A stretch of DNA of 64,000 nt from Candidatus Iainarchaeum sp. (lineage in GTDB: Archaea; Iainarchaeota; Iainarchaeia; Iainarchaeales; SKW153), in the NCBI GenBank assembly GCA_026414365.1, contig JAOAJD010000001.1, positions 413,745 to 477,744 of the forward strand, written 5' to 3'. This document shows positions 16,722-26,763 of the stretch, piece after piece (within the stretch, counting starts at the first letter, position 1; the number at the start of each line of letters is the position of its first letter). Below the pieces are notes generated by a model. That model was not told the DNA's origin and made no database searches. It was given only the letters and a program-made list of their open reading frames with translations. Position numbers and translations under genes: made by a program.

Positions 16722-18842
16722 ATGGTTTTTATGGGCATAGTTAAAAATTACAATAATTTAATTAACAGCATTCTCGAAATTAATAGTATTGAAGATTTCA
16801 ACGAAATGCAAAAACTAGTTTTAAATAAAAATTGGGGAAGTTCTAATTTAGTAATTAGTTCACCTACTGCTAGTGGGAAAACTTTGGTTGCAGAGCTAGT
16901 TGCATTAAACACAATCTTAAACAAAAACAAGAAAGTTTTGTACATCTGTCCTTTGCGGGCTATTGCTTACGAACACTATAACTCTTTTAAGATTAAGTAT
17001 GCTAAGAGGTTTGGAATTAGGGTTGCTGTTAGTACAGGTGATTTAGATTCAAGTAGTTCTTATTTAAGTTCATATGACATAATATTTTCAACATTTGAAA
17101 AAATCGATAGTTTAATAAGACATAAGTCAGAGTGGTTAAGTTCTATTGGTTTGTTGATTATTGATGAGGTACATTTTTTAGATAGTGATAGAGGCCCAAC
17201 TTTAGAAGTTATTGTTGGGATATTAACTCAGATGAATAAAGATATGCAAGTAATAGCTTTAAGTGCTACTATTCCAAACGCAGAAGATATTTCAGGGTGG
17301 CTAAATGCAGATTTAGTAATTTCAAATTATAGACCAGTCAAACTTGTAGAGAAGATATATTTTGATGGAGTACTTTATAATGGTAGTGAAGAATTTATAG
17401 ATAAGTTAAAAACTCCTTTGGATTCTATACTTTTAGATACTCTCCAAAAAGATAAACAAATTTTAATATTTGTTAATACCAGAAAGAATGCGCAGAGTTA
17501 TGCTGAAAAATCAGCAAATTTGGTCAGTAGTTATTTGGCAAATAAAGAAAAAAAATATCTTAATAACCTTTCTGAAAAAATTTTATCCTGTTTAGATAGC
17601 CCTACAAAACAATGTGAGCTTTTGGCTAACCTAATCAAGAAAGGAGTTGCTTTTCATCATGCTGGCTTGTTACAAAAACAGAGAGATTTGGTTGAAAATG
17701 CATTTAGAAAAAATTTAGTGAAGGTGTTGTTTGCAACTCCCACATTGGCAGCAGGTGTTAATTTACCTGCTTTTAGAGTTTTGATAAGTTCTCTTTACAG
17801 GTATTCTGGAGCAGGAAATTCTTTAATATCTGTGAATGAATACAAACAAATGATAGGAAGAGCAGGAAGGCCAAAATACGATGTTTATGGAGAATCAATA
17901 ATAATAGCAAGAAGCAAAAGTGAGCTTTCAGAACTCTATAATAACTATGTAAAAGGTGATTTAGAGAATATTTATTCTAGATTTTCAAATGAGTCTTTGT
18001 TAAGAACACATTTACTTTCTTTAATATCAACAGGTTTTGTTTATGATTTGTTGTCTTTGGAAGATTTTATAAAAAGAACTTTTTATTATCACCAAAACAA
18101 AAATTTTGATTGTATTGGAGAAATAATGCCCTTACTTAAACAACTCGAGGAGTTTGGCTTTATTGAGGGTAATGAAGAAAGATTTTATGCTACTAAATTA
18201 GGTAAAAGAGTCGCAGAACTTTATTTGGATCCAGTTTCTGCGTACAAAATGATAAATATGTTGAAATTAAAAAAAGATGCTGATTTATTTTATCTTTTCT
18301 TAATAGCTAACACTTATGAATTTGCTCCTTGGTTTGCTCCTTCTAAAGAAAATGAAGAAGAGGTTTATGCATTATTATATGAGAATATGCCAAATATTGG
18401 TTTGTGTGATAAAGACTTATTTAATGATTATTCAATATTAGAAAAGTTCAATACTGTTCTAATGTTAAATGATTGGATAAATGAAAATAACGAAGAACAA
18501 ATATTAGAGAAATACAATCTCTCACCAGGTTTACTTTATAATAAATTAGAGATTTCTGATTGGCTCGTTTATTCTGCATTTGAACTTTCAAAGCTTTTAG
18601 ATTTAAGTTATCATTACAAAAATCTTACGCATATGAGAATCAGGTTAAAATATGGTGTAAAGGAAGAACTGTTACCTTTAGTGAGTGTTAAAGGAATAGG
18701 CAGGGTAAGGGCTAGAAAACTTTATAATGCAAATATAAAGACAATACAAGAATTAAAGAATACGGACATTAAAGATTTGAGTAGACTCATCGGTATAAAA
18801 ACTGCAGAACACGTTTTAAAACATTTAAATACTTATAAATAG
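16722..18842 (+). CDS. hel308: Hel308/Hjm Ski2-like DNA helicase
   Basis: Motif I SPTASGKT, motif II DEVH, motif III SAT, motif VI GRAGRP. C-terminal HhH VKGIGRVRARKL. Confidence 0.9.
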   Translation: MVFMGIVKNYNNLINSILEINSIEDFNEMQKLVLNKNWGSSNLVISSPTASGKTLVAELVALNTILNKNKKVLYICPLRAIAYEHYNSFKIKYAKRFGIRVAVSTGDLDSSSSYLSSYDIIFSTFEKIDSLIRHKSEWLSSIGLLIIDEVHFLDSDRGPTLEVIVGILTQMNKDMQVIALSATIPNAEDISGWLNADLVISNYRPVKLVEKIYFDGVLYNGSEEFIDKLKTPLDSILLDTLQKDKQILIFVNTRKNAQSYAEKSANLVSSYLANKEKKYLNNLSEKILSCLDSPTKQCELLANLIKKGVAFHHAGLLQKQRDLVENAFRKNLVKVLFATPTLAAGVNLPAFRVLISSLYRYSGAGNSLISVNEYKQMIGRAGRPKYDVYGESIIIARSKSELSELYNNYVKGDLENIYSRFSNESLLRTHLLSLISTGFVYDLLSLEDFIKRTFYYHQNKNFDCIGEIMPLLKQLEEFGFIEGNEERFYATKLGKRVAELYLDPVSAYKMINMLKLKKDADLFYLFLIANTYEFAPWFAPSKENEEEVYALLYENMPNIGLCDKDLFNDYSILEKFNTVLMLNDWINENNEEQILEKYNLSPGLLYNKLEISDWLVYSAFELSKLLDLSYHYKNLTHMRIRLKYGVKEELLPLVSVKGIGRVRARKLYNANIKTIQELKNTDIKDLSRLIGIKTAEHVLKHLNTYK

Positions 18843-18911
18843 GAAGTTTTTTGTTTTCCACATTATAATTAAATATATGTTGTTAGCAAAAATTATTTAT
18901 ACTTCTTAGAG

Positions 18912-19280
18912 GTGGTTGAATTGGCATTTATCGAAAAGCTTTTGGGTAGACAACAACAAACAGAAGATATAGAAGACTTTTTGAATGCATTAGATGAAGA
19001 AGATGAAGAACTCTACGAGGATGCAGATGCATTTGTTAGACCAGTAGTCTTAAACACAGAAGAGGATGTCAGTTATGTAATGGAGGAGCTCAAGAAAGGT
19101 AATTTTATCTTACTCAACATTGCAGACTTATCTAGGAGAAATGCAATTAAGTTGAGAGATTTAATAACAGCTATAAAAGAGCAAGTGTTGCAAATAGATG
19201 GAGACATAGCACGAATATCCCAAGAGAAGATCTTAATAACTCCGAGTAGAGTTAAAATAATGAAGAGGAAGCCCAAGTAA
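18912..19280 (+). CDS. sepF: SepF-like cell division protein (FtsZ membrane anchor)
   Basis: Core VRPVVLNTEEDV...LKKGNFILLNI..L......R.....I...V..I.GDIARIS..ILITP matches the SepF/DUF552 pattern. Probable TTG start at 18921 gives an N-terminal amphipathic MAFIEKLLG. Confidence 0.8.
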   Translation: MVELAFIEKLLGRQQQTEDIEDFLNALDEEDEELYEDADAFVRPVVLNTEEDVSYVMEELKKGNFILLNIADLSRRNAIKLRDLITAIKEQVLQIDGDIARISQEKILITPSRVKIMKRKPK

Positions 19281-19347
19281 AGGCTTTCTTTTCATTTACT
19301 TTGTTACTTTTATTTGTGGTTTAGTATATTTTAGTATATAATCTTTT

Positions 19348-20094
19348 ATGTATCTTGACAGTAAGGCTTTTTCTGTTGAGTTTTCTCTGGAAAATTCTTT
19401 GGAATTAGTTAATTCTTTACTAAATTCAAGATATTGGAGAAAATTTAGTAGAGGGAGCATCAAGCTGATTTATGCACCTTGTTGGTATTTTGGTTATCAT
19501 GCTTACGAATTAAACAAAGATGGGGTAGCTAGTATAACACATGCTGGTAGATTAGTTTTTATAGAATTCTTAAATGAGTTTGATGAATCAATAGCAAAAC
19601 TCTATTCTAAATTAGATAAGGGGCTAAAAAATCAAATAGATGAACAATATCCTTTTGAAGTAAAAGAATCTAAGCTTTCAAAAAATGAAGTTTCGGATCT
19701 AATAAAAATAAAATTATCTTCACAATTCAAAGCAAAAAAAGATAATATTGTTATCGATTCTTTAGAGAAAATATATGTTCCCTTTTGGGTTATCTATGTA
19801 TCTTTATCCGAAGATACTCATAGTTTAATAGTTAATGCTATAACTGGAGAAATAGTGAATGAAGCGGAAGTTCCAGAGAGAGATGTAGGATGGATTGAAA
19901 TCACTAGAGAAATGTTGGATGAGTTGAAAAATCCAGGAGCGTGGGTTGAATATACTAAAAAGTTTAGTGCTAAACTTAGCAATAAGAAAGAAGTCACGAA
20001 TTGGAGTTTGCTAGAGGACAAAGGTCTTCTAATTCTTTTGTTAGCACTGTTGACAGCATTATTTTTAATAATAACTGCAATAGCATATTTGTAG
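19348..20094 (+). CDS. hypothetical tail-anchored membrane protein
   Basis: 248 aa. Duplicated Y(A/V)P.W motif (LIYAPCWYFGY, KIYVPFWVIYV). C-terminal TM GLLILLLALLTALFLIITAIAYL ends the protein. Confidence 0.6.
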   Translation: MYLDSKAFSVEFSLENSLELVNSLLNSRYWRKFSRGSIKLIYAPCWYFGYHAYELNKDGVASITHAGRLVFIEFLNEFDESIAKLYSKLDKGLKNQIDEQYPFEVKESKLSKNEVSDLIKIKLSSQFKAKKDNIVIDSLEKIYVPFWVIYVSLSEDTHSLIVNAITGEIVNEAEVPERDVGWIEITREMLDELKNPGAWVEYTKKFSAKLSNKKEVTNWSLLEDKGLLILLLALLTALFLIITAIAYL

Positions 20095-20208
20095 TTGTTT
20101 TATGTTTAACTTAGTTAAATAAAAGCAGAAATATAAAAAATTATAGCTTTAGATACTGTTCTATAAAGATAATAAACAAATAGTTTAAAATGAGATTGTT
20201 TTGAGGTT

Positions 20209-23200
20209 TTATACAAATTCGAAAAGTTTTTTTGGTATGTATTTTTTTGAATCATCTTGTATTTCTGTTTGATCTTCATCTTTATAATCTAATATCTTTT
20301 TTTGCTCTCTTCTTTCGTTTAGAAATATAGACTGAACTTCCTGTTCTATTAAATCAATCCGTTGTCTTATATAATTGCTTAGATTGTATTGTCTAACCAA
20401 ATCCTTTGCAATTTTTAAATATTTCTTTACAGAGCCTTCTGCAATTGTTAATACAATATTCCCTTTACCACATTTTTTACATTTCCCACTCAAAGGTATC
20501 CTTCTATACTTTTCATTACAGTTTGTGCATCTAAAACTCTGCTTAGAGAAAGATCTCGCATTTCCTATAATATCTGGCAAAAAGTGGCTCATCAACACTC
20601 TCTCTAGAGCATCCTTTTGATCAACAGCTCTTATTTTTGCTTGCAATTCCGCTTGCCTTTTAATCTTATCTTCCATACTTTTCAGTTGCACATATCTTGA
20701 AAATTTGGGCCCAATATCGAATATTTTTGTATTATGTGTAAATTTCAATCCTCTATACTGACTCTCTTTCCCAAGTCTCTTCGAAACAATTTCTATATTA
20801 TCTATATTTGGTAAAGATTCTGTTAAACTTTTTTCATATAGTTCTAGAGGATACTTTTCACAAATTTCCATTTCATAAACTTCATTATCTATCTCTTGTG
20901 GATTAATGTTTGTTGTAAAAACCAGAGGTGCATCCATTCTACCACCTCTTTTTATTGGCAGGTATTTGTTAGAGAAATTTAATAAAACATCCAAAAGGAG
21001 CATTATGCTATCTTGATCACCATCAGCATTACGTCTTTTTGCTAAATGAAAATAAGGATGCGCAAAACATACTCTTGCTTTCGTAAATCCTATTATCCTG
21101 CCAACTACTGCTGCTGAGGTATGAGGTGCTAAGCCAAGTATTATTTGACCAACTAAATCTTCCTTATTTTTAACATTATAATAACTTTTTAACCCGTAGA
21201 ATTTTACTAGAAGTTCATCGATAAATCCACATTCTCTTATTAAAAATTCTGCCGCCTCTTCGTTAATAATTATATCCTGAACAAATAACTCTAATATTTG
21301 ATCTTCATCTTTTAGATCTTTGTCAAACATATCTTTGGTATAACCAAGCTCTTTTAATTTTTCAATGCTAGTTCCAATTTCGATAGGTTTGAAATGCGTC
21401 AAAGGTGCATTTATCATGTCAAATCTAATAGTACCATCTCTATAAACATGTAAATCGTATTTTGCTCGTAGAATACCTTTTTCCAGAGGTTCTGGTGTTT
21501 TGTCTTCATTTATTAAACCCCTAACACCTTTTACAATTTCTGGGTATTGGTTTTGCATACCTAAATTTTTTAGAGCTCTTTCGAATATGCTCTTTATGTC
21601 AAGGTTGTATTCTTCGTAGGCGATAGTCTCACTCGTACATTCTTCGCACTTATCTTTGAAAACATGTTTTTTACATTTTGGGCAATAAAATATGTTTTTT
21701 CCCTTATTGCCACAATGACATATTAAGTTATCTATTACTTTTTTACATTTTTCACAATAATATATTTTTATTTCTACTTTTATAGGCTCTTTTGTTTTTT
21801 CGGAATATTCTATGGCCTTGTTTATAGATCTCGTTGGCCCACCATACAACCCTATTGGAAATAGCACATGGGGCTTTCCTTCCATCTCTCTAGCTTTAGC
21901 AGCTTCAGGCCTGCCCATTCTCAAGCCTACAAATGTTCCACATTTATCCTTTATTTTTATACCTGAAATTTCTTCCAATATTTCTAATATGCTTTTTTTG
22001 GTATTGGGTGTTAATTCTGAGAAATAACCAAGTGTTTTTAATAATGGATAGGCATATGTTTTTCCTACGATAATATTATTATTTTCTATTGTATGTGGCA
22101 AACCTATGTCTTCCATAACTTTTTTTATTTTGGGTTTATAAGGGAATATTAGTTTAACTATCTTACTATCTTCAAATATTTTTTCACAGTTTTTTGCTTC
22201 TTTGATTAGTTCTAAGATATCTTCTTTTTCTGCGCAATTAAAATAAAAAGTGTATTTTGGATGTAGAGCAATAGGCAGTTGCATAGATATTTCAACAGCA
22301 GTGAAAGGATCAATGTTGTTCGGATCTTTAATAAGTTTCTCTACATTTATTCCTTTTTCTTCTGCCTCTTTTTGCAATTTTTCTAACTCTAAACACCACC
22401 ACTCTTCACAATATCCTACTGGTAGAAGGTTATTTGCACTCTTTCTAAAGTCGCCTATGCTACAAAGATAATCTCCTAAAAATAAAAATTGGTCTACCTC
22501 ATCTCTAATTAGTTGTGCTTCTTCCACACTTTCTATCTTTCTAACTTCTCCATTTTTTAGTTTAACAATAGGTCCTTCTATACTATCGCAAGGGAATATT
22601 TCTGCACTCTTACCCGGTTTTTCTACTTTCAATTGTGTGCCTACTGCAATGAATTCATCTAGCAAGTACATAGTAGCAGGGTGTATTGCTTTTGCCATAA
22701 TACCTGTATTTCTACATCTACCGTATCTTAATCTAAAACCAAATTTTTTACCAGGATATGAAAAAATTGGCCTACCCGCTGCCATTCTTGATATATATTT
22801 ATAATCAACATCTTCATCTTCACTGCTAATATTTTTATCAACTTTTATTATTTCTTCTAACCAATTCCAATCTAAATTTAGCATTTTTGCATATGATAAT
22901 ATTTTTTTAGCCTTTAGCGCGATACCTTCGCTTATAACTAAACACATTCCTCCTCTAACTCTATTGGAAGGTATTCTTGGTAAATCCTTATATATTGCCA
23001 CTTCTCTATCCTCAGTAGGTTCTCCGTTAATACAAACAGGACAGCCTCTTACAATGGCTCTAACTTCATCAGGTGTGAGTTTATATTGCCTAGTAAATAT
23101 TTCATCATATATTTGGCATTCTTCAACATATCTTTCAATTTCATCTTCCGTTGGCTTATATCTATCTAATCCTAAAATCTTTCTCCCAAGATCACCTAAA

Positions 23201-23706
23201 ATTAGAGGAAAAACTTGTGCTGTTCCACCTGCAGCTCTTATTGGGCCAGCAAAATATATATCTACATATTCACTGTCATCAAAATTTTTACTTATTCTAA
23301 CACTTGGAACACCATCTATAGGAGCTACAACTACACCTTCTGTTATAATCATTAGACAACTTTTTATTGCTTGTTCTAATCTTTTTTCTCTATTCTCGAG
23401 TTTAACCCACTTTTCAGTTAGAATTTCTTCGAATAATCTAAAAACTGCTTTTTCTCTATTATTATTCTCTTCTTTATAAAGCTCGGCATATCTTTTAGCT
23501 ATACCTTTAGGACCTACAATATTCTCACATCTTTCTCCTAAATCTAAAGATGGTTTACTTTCAACATCTGAGGAAACATCTTTTCCTAAACTTCTAGCTA
23601 TCTTTGCAATCTCATACTGTTCACTTACTTTTTCTGCCAGCATGTTAAAATATCTTCTTGTTTCTTTGTCGCATTCAATCTGTTTTAGTAAAAAGCTTTC
23701 TATCAT
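20209..23706 (-). CDS. polC: DNA polymerase D (PolD) large subunit DP2
   Basis: 1165 aa. Multiple Cys4 zinc modules (CEKCKK..CHCG, CPKCKK..CEEC, CTNCNEKY..CKKCG) and conserved DP2 blocks. Directly follows DP1. Confidence 0.95.
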   Translation of the reverse strand: MIESFLLKQIECDKETRRYFNMLAEKVSEQYEIAKIARSLGKDVSSDVESKPSLDLGERCENIVGPKGIAKRYAELYKEENNNREKAVFRLFEEILTEKWVKLENREKRLEQAIKSCLMIITEGVVVAPIDGVPSVRISKNFDDSEYVDIYFAGPIRAAGGTAQVFPLILGDLGRKILGLDRYKPTEDEIERYVEECQIYDEIFTRQYKLTPDEVRAIVRGCPVCINGEPTEDREVAIYKDLPRIPSNRVRGGMCLVISEGIALKAKKILSYAKMLNLDWNWLEEIIKVDKNISSEDEDVDYKYISRMAAGRPIFSYPGKKFGFRLRYGRCRNTGIMAKAIHPATMYLLDEFIAVGTQLKVEKPGKSAEIFPCDSIEGPIVKLKNGEVRKIESVEEAQLIRDEVDQFLFLGDYLCSIGDFRKSANNLLPVGYCEEWWCLELEKLQKEAEEKGINVEKLIKDPNNIDPFTAVEISMQLPIALHPKYTFYFNCAEKEDILELIKEAKNCEKIFEDSKIVKLIFPYKPKIKKVMEDIGLPHTIENNNIIVGKTYAYPLLKTLGYFSELTPNTKKSILEILEEISGIKIKDKCGTFVGLRMGRPEAAKAREMEGKPHVLFPIGLYGGPTRSINKAIEYSEKTKEPIKVEIKIYYCEKCKKVIDNLICHCGNKGKNIFYCPKCKKHVFKDKCEECTSETIAYEEYNLDIKSIFERALKNLGMQNQYPEIVKGVRGLINEDKTPEPLEKGILRAKYDLHVYRDGTIRFDMINAPLTHFKPIEIGTSIEKLKELGYTKDMFDKDLKDEDQILELFVQDIIINEEAAEFLIRECGFIDELLVKFYGLKSYYNVKNKEDLVGQIILGLAPHTSAAVVGRIIGFTKARVCFAHPYFHLAKRRNADGDQDSIMLLLDVLLNFSNKYLPIKRGGRMDAPLVFTTNINPQEIDNEVYEMEICEKYPLELYEKSLTESLPNIDNIEIVSKRLGKESQYRGLKFTHNTKIFDIGPKFSRYVQLKSMEDKIKRQAELQAKIRAVDQKDALERVLMSHFLPDIIGNARSFSKQSFRCTNCNEKYRRIPLSGKCKKCGKGNIVLTIAEGSVKKYLKIAKDLVRQYNLSNYIRQRIDLIEQEVQSIFLNERREQKKILDYKDEDQTEIQDDSKKYIPKKLFEFV

Positions 23707-23709
23707 AAA

Positions 23710-25209
23710 CTACCAACCTTCATAAAAATTCTTTTTGAATACTTTTCTTGTTTTTGTGTTTGCAACTAATAAGATACCTGGTGTTGGTACATGTCCTTGC
23801 TCTTTTTGATACTCTGTTTGCAATTGCCAAGTTGAACCATTCATAATTGTACAACCTCTGTAATTACCATATCCTGTGTGATGTAAATCTCCTCCAAAAT
23901 AAAAGTCTGGTTTTTCTCTTATAATCATAAAATTTTTACTTTCTGGCAAATAGGGGTTATTTAATCCATAACTAACCATCAAGTCTCTTCTCTTTAGTAA
24001 TTCAATTATTGCTTTTTCTGGTTCTGTTAACCGAATATCTTTAATAGATTGTGCAAGATCATGTATAGAAGCTCCATGGTATATAATGCACTTCAGACCT
24101 TCTATTTCGAACCAACTTGGGTTACCAACTAAATGGATATTTTTTAATTTACTTGCATTAGGCAAATATTCTTTGCTTATTGCAGGCTGTGGTTCCGCTC
24201 TTCTAACAGCATCATGTTGTCCAGGACAGATGAAAACTTCGATATGTTCTGGGACTAGTTCCAAATATTTTTCTAAAGTTTCGTATTGTTTATATACATC
24301 TTTTATTGCAAGTTCTTCATACTGCTCCGGATAAACCCCTATTCCATCAACGTTATCACCTGCTATCACTAAATATTTTATTCTTCCTGCTTCTTCCCTT
24401 TCCTTTTCGCTCATACCTTGACCTTTTCCATTTATCCACTTCAGCATATTTAAAAATTCTCTCTCTAAAAATAGCTTACTACCTACATGAATATCCGAGA
24501 TCAACGCAACATTAAGTTCTCTTCTAGCTTCAGTTGTGCCCTGTTCCAAATCAGGCCAAAAAAAATCTTCCATAAAAAATAATTCTTTATCAATACATCT
24601 TGCTTTAATTCCAATTACATCATCATTTAATATCTTTTCAACTTCTTTTAACTGTTTGTTATTATCTCTTTTTGCTATTACGATACATTCATCTTCCAAA
24701 TCTTCTAATCTTATGGCTAAATTGCCATTCTTTGTGATCCATTTCTCGGCAACCATACCTATAAAATCAACAGTTTCGTTTTCTTTTGTTTTTTTTATTT
24801 CTGAAATGTTTTTTGGTTTAAAACCAGGTCTTTGTCTCAAAATTGTTGATAACAATTGAAACTTGTCTCTAAACATCGCTAGAAAATCTTCAACTTTGCC
24901 TTCAGAAGTACTTTTTCTTGTTATGTCATATTCTTCTAATATTTTGAAGTCAGAATTAATTTCTTTAGCTATTGGTTTAAATTTTACTTTCTCTACAATA
25001 ACTTCCTTTATAACAGAACTTACTTTAGTTCTAGATTTTATCAAATATTCTTCAACATCTTTTTCTTCTATTATCACTTTACCAATATTTTCTAACTCAT
25101 CAATAATTTTCTTATAATCTTCTTTTATCAGGATATCTAAAGCGCGTTGGGATAATATTATGTTCTTGTTTGTAGCATATTCCACAATTTCTTTTACTTC
25201 TTCATTCAT
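23710..25209 (-). CDS. polB: DNA polymerase D (PolD) small subunit DP1 (Mre11-like phosphoesterase)
   Basis: Calcineurin-like phosphoesterase motifs SDIHVGS, AGDNVDG, PGQHD and GGDLHH, with an OB-fold region upstream. Confidence 0.93.
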   Translation of the reverse strand: MNEEVKEIVEYATNKNIILSQRALDILIKEDYKKIIDELENIGKVIIEEKDVEEYLIKSRTKVSSVIKEVIVEKVKFKPIAKEINSDFKILEEYDITRKSTSEGKVEDFLAMFRDKFQLLSTILRQRPGFKPKNISEIKKTKENETVDFIGMVAEKWITKNGNLAIRLEDLEDECIVIAKRDNNKQLKEVEKILNDDVIGIKARCIDKELFFMEDFFWPDLEQGTTEARRELNVALISDIHVGSKLFLEREFLNMLKWINGKGQGMSEKEREEAGRIKYLVIAGDNVDGIGVYPEQYEELAIKDVYKQYETLEKYLELVPEHIEVFICPGQHDAVRRAEPQPAISKEYLPNASKLKNIHLVGNPSWFEIEGLKCIIYHGASIHDLAQSIKDIRLTEPEKAIIELLKRRDLMVSYGLNNPYLPESKNFMIIREKPDFYFGGDLHHTGYGNYRGCTIMNGSTWQLQTEYQKEQGHVPTPGILLVANTKTRKVFKKNFYEGW

Positions 25210-25481
25210 TTATTCTTCTCCTTAAGTGCTTCAAGTGAAGAAATTATAGTCCATATCTCAGTTCTCGTATGAACTGGCATATTTATATCATTTGTAATAT
25301 CTTGCAATGCATATATTGCAGCACTAGCATTTACATCAAAGCTTTTTATATCTTTAATTTTATTTTTTGCATCTTCTATTGTAGCTCTTATATTTTTAGG
25401 AACTGAGAAATCATTTATTACTTCGTCCATCATTTCAATTATTTGCTTTAGAGCTTCTTCGTTAATCTTCTTTTTTCTCAT
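25206..25481 (-). CDS. UPF0147-family small helical protein
   Basis: 91 aa. VPKNIRATIEDA ... NMPVHTRTEIWTIISSLE matches the archaeal UPF0147 pattern. ATGA overlap with DP1; SD AAGGTGAT 3 nt before the ATG. Confidence 0.8.
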   Translation of the reverse strand: MRKKKINEEALKQIIEMMDEVINDFSVPKNIRATIEDAKNKIKDIKSFDVNASAAIYALQDITNDINMPVHTRTEIWTIISSLEALKEKNK

Positions 25482-25628
25482 AACATCACCTTCTTAATTC
25501 TAGTTAACAAATAAACGAAAAATAGGGCACACCTCCTTGAGGCAATTCAGCCTCGTATAGCCAAATGTCTTTCAAAATGAAATTATCAAAAATTCAAAAA
25601 TACCAATAATATTTAGAGAACATTTTAT

Positions 25629-26627
25629 TTAAGAATCTTGCTTTTTAGTAATCTTTATGAGTCTCTCTCTGATTTCTTCAACAAATTTCTTTTCTATATC
25701 AAAACCACTTAAAATATAGTTATTAAACTCTTTTTTAGCTTCTTCTATTTGCTCTTTGCTACACAAATCTATCTTATTTATTATGTATATAAATTCTTTT
25801 CCATTAAACTCTCTTTTTAATCTCTTAAGAAGTTTTTTTTGTTCTTCAATACTATAACCACTACTTAAACTCGGATCTACAACAAATATTATTTTATCCG
25901 CTAGATTTCTTATTGCTGCTAAGGCTATCTTTTCTATAGGACTTCTCTTCTCTTCATCTTTATTTAGGAGTCCTGGCGTATCTATAAATTGAATCTCTTC
26001 GTTATTGACTTTGGTATAACCTACCATTATACTCTTTGTAGTAAAAGGATAGTTATTTATTTCCGGCTTCGAGCCAGTTATTCTTGATAAGATTGTACTC
26101 TTACCAACATTCGGTAGTCCAGCTATTATAATTGTATGGCAGTCTTTTAATTTTGGTATTTTTGAAATTGTTATTAAAACCTCTTTTAGGAAAGCCATCC
26201 TCTTTTTATTTCTTTTTACAAAAGATACCGCTCTACCAAAAAATTCTCTTTGGGTTCTAGCTATCATATCTATGTTATTTAATTTTTTAATTTTTGTAGA
26301 ATAATGCGTTTCTAATTTTTTTATTTCGATGGCAGAGTTTTTGATAGCAGCAATAGCTTTTTTTATTTCTCCTATTTTATATATCCCATCCAATGTTTCA
26401 AATTCAAACTTGGTCAATGAATTTAGGTTTGGTATTGTCTTCTCAATTTTTATAAGTTCATCTCTTATAAGTTTTGAAAATAGTTTAACTCTTAATATTT
26501 TTTCATCTTTTAAATTTTCTATTTTCGATTTTTCTTTTCTTGCTTTAAAATTTTGTTTAAATGTTTCTCTGAAAGAAGTTTCAATTATTTGGTCAGCATC
26601 CTTTATATATATTTGCATCAGTATCAC
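25629..26627 (-). CDS. Nog1-like GTP-binding protein
   Basis: N-terminal NOG1-type helical domain, G1 GLPNVGKST, G2 PFTT, G3 DTPG, G4 NKID. Confidence 0.85.
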   Translation of the reverse strand: MILMQIYIKDADQIIETSFRETFKQNFKARKEKSKIENLKDEKILRVKLFSKLIRDELIKIEKTIPNLNSLTKFEFETLDGIYKIGEIKKAIAAIKNSAIEIKKLETHYSTKIKKLNNIDMIARTQREFFGRAVSFVKRNKKRMAFLKEVLITISKIPKLKDCHTIIIAGLPNVGKSTILSRITGSKPEINNYPFTTKSIMVGYTKVNNEEIQFIDTPGLLNKDEEKRSPIEKIALAAIRNLADKIIFVVDPSLSSGYSIEEQKKLLKRLKREFNGKEFIYIINKIDLCSKEQIEEAKKEFNNYILSGFDIEKKFVEEIRERLIKITKKQDS

Positions 26628-26763
26628 ACAAACTATCTAAATAATCACTTTTAAATTAATTTTCTTATTAGTGTTTTTATAGTAATATTTTGATTTAAGT
26701 CTTAATTAAAAGGATATTTAACGGTGTTTCGTTAGTTGTCGTTGTAAACGTATTAACTTTAGA

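Noticed and set aside
18850-18866. A second mini-ORB-like sequence (minus strand TGTGGAAAACAAAA) between hel308 and sepF, possibly pairing with TAGTGGAAT at 14951-14959 to bracket an origin.
   Set aside because: The two sites are 3.9 kb apart with three genes between them. They match the ORB core only loosely, and no AT-rich unwinding element with flanking multiple repeats is evident.
22964-23479. Many 60-170-aa ORFs in the supplied track lie antisense to or out of frame with long genes. Examples: 1581-1808, 5290-5571, 15334-15831, 22964-23479, 35953-36447, 37594-38013, 38873-39292, 48732-49112 and 62331-62648.
   Set aside because: They have low-complexity Phe/Leu/Ser/Ile-rich translations typical of the reverse strand of Lys/Glu/Asn-rich genes in an AT-rich genome. 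Each is fully contained within a gene with strong family signatures, and none has an SD motif.
20209-23706. Possible inteins or split genes in PolD DP2, aIF5B, Hel308, SecY and other common intein hosts.
   Set aside because: All are single uninterrupted ORFs of normal length (DP2 1165 aa, aIF5B 583 aa, Hel308 706 aa). None shows an inserted block or a C...HN-type splice junction.
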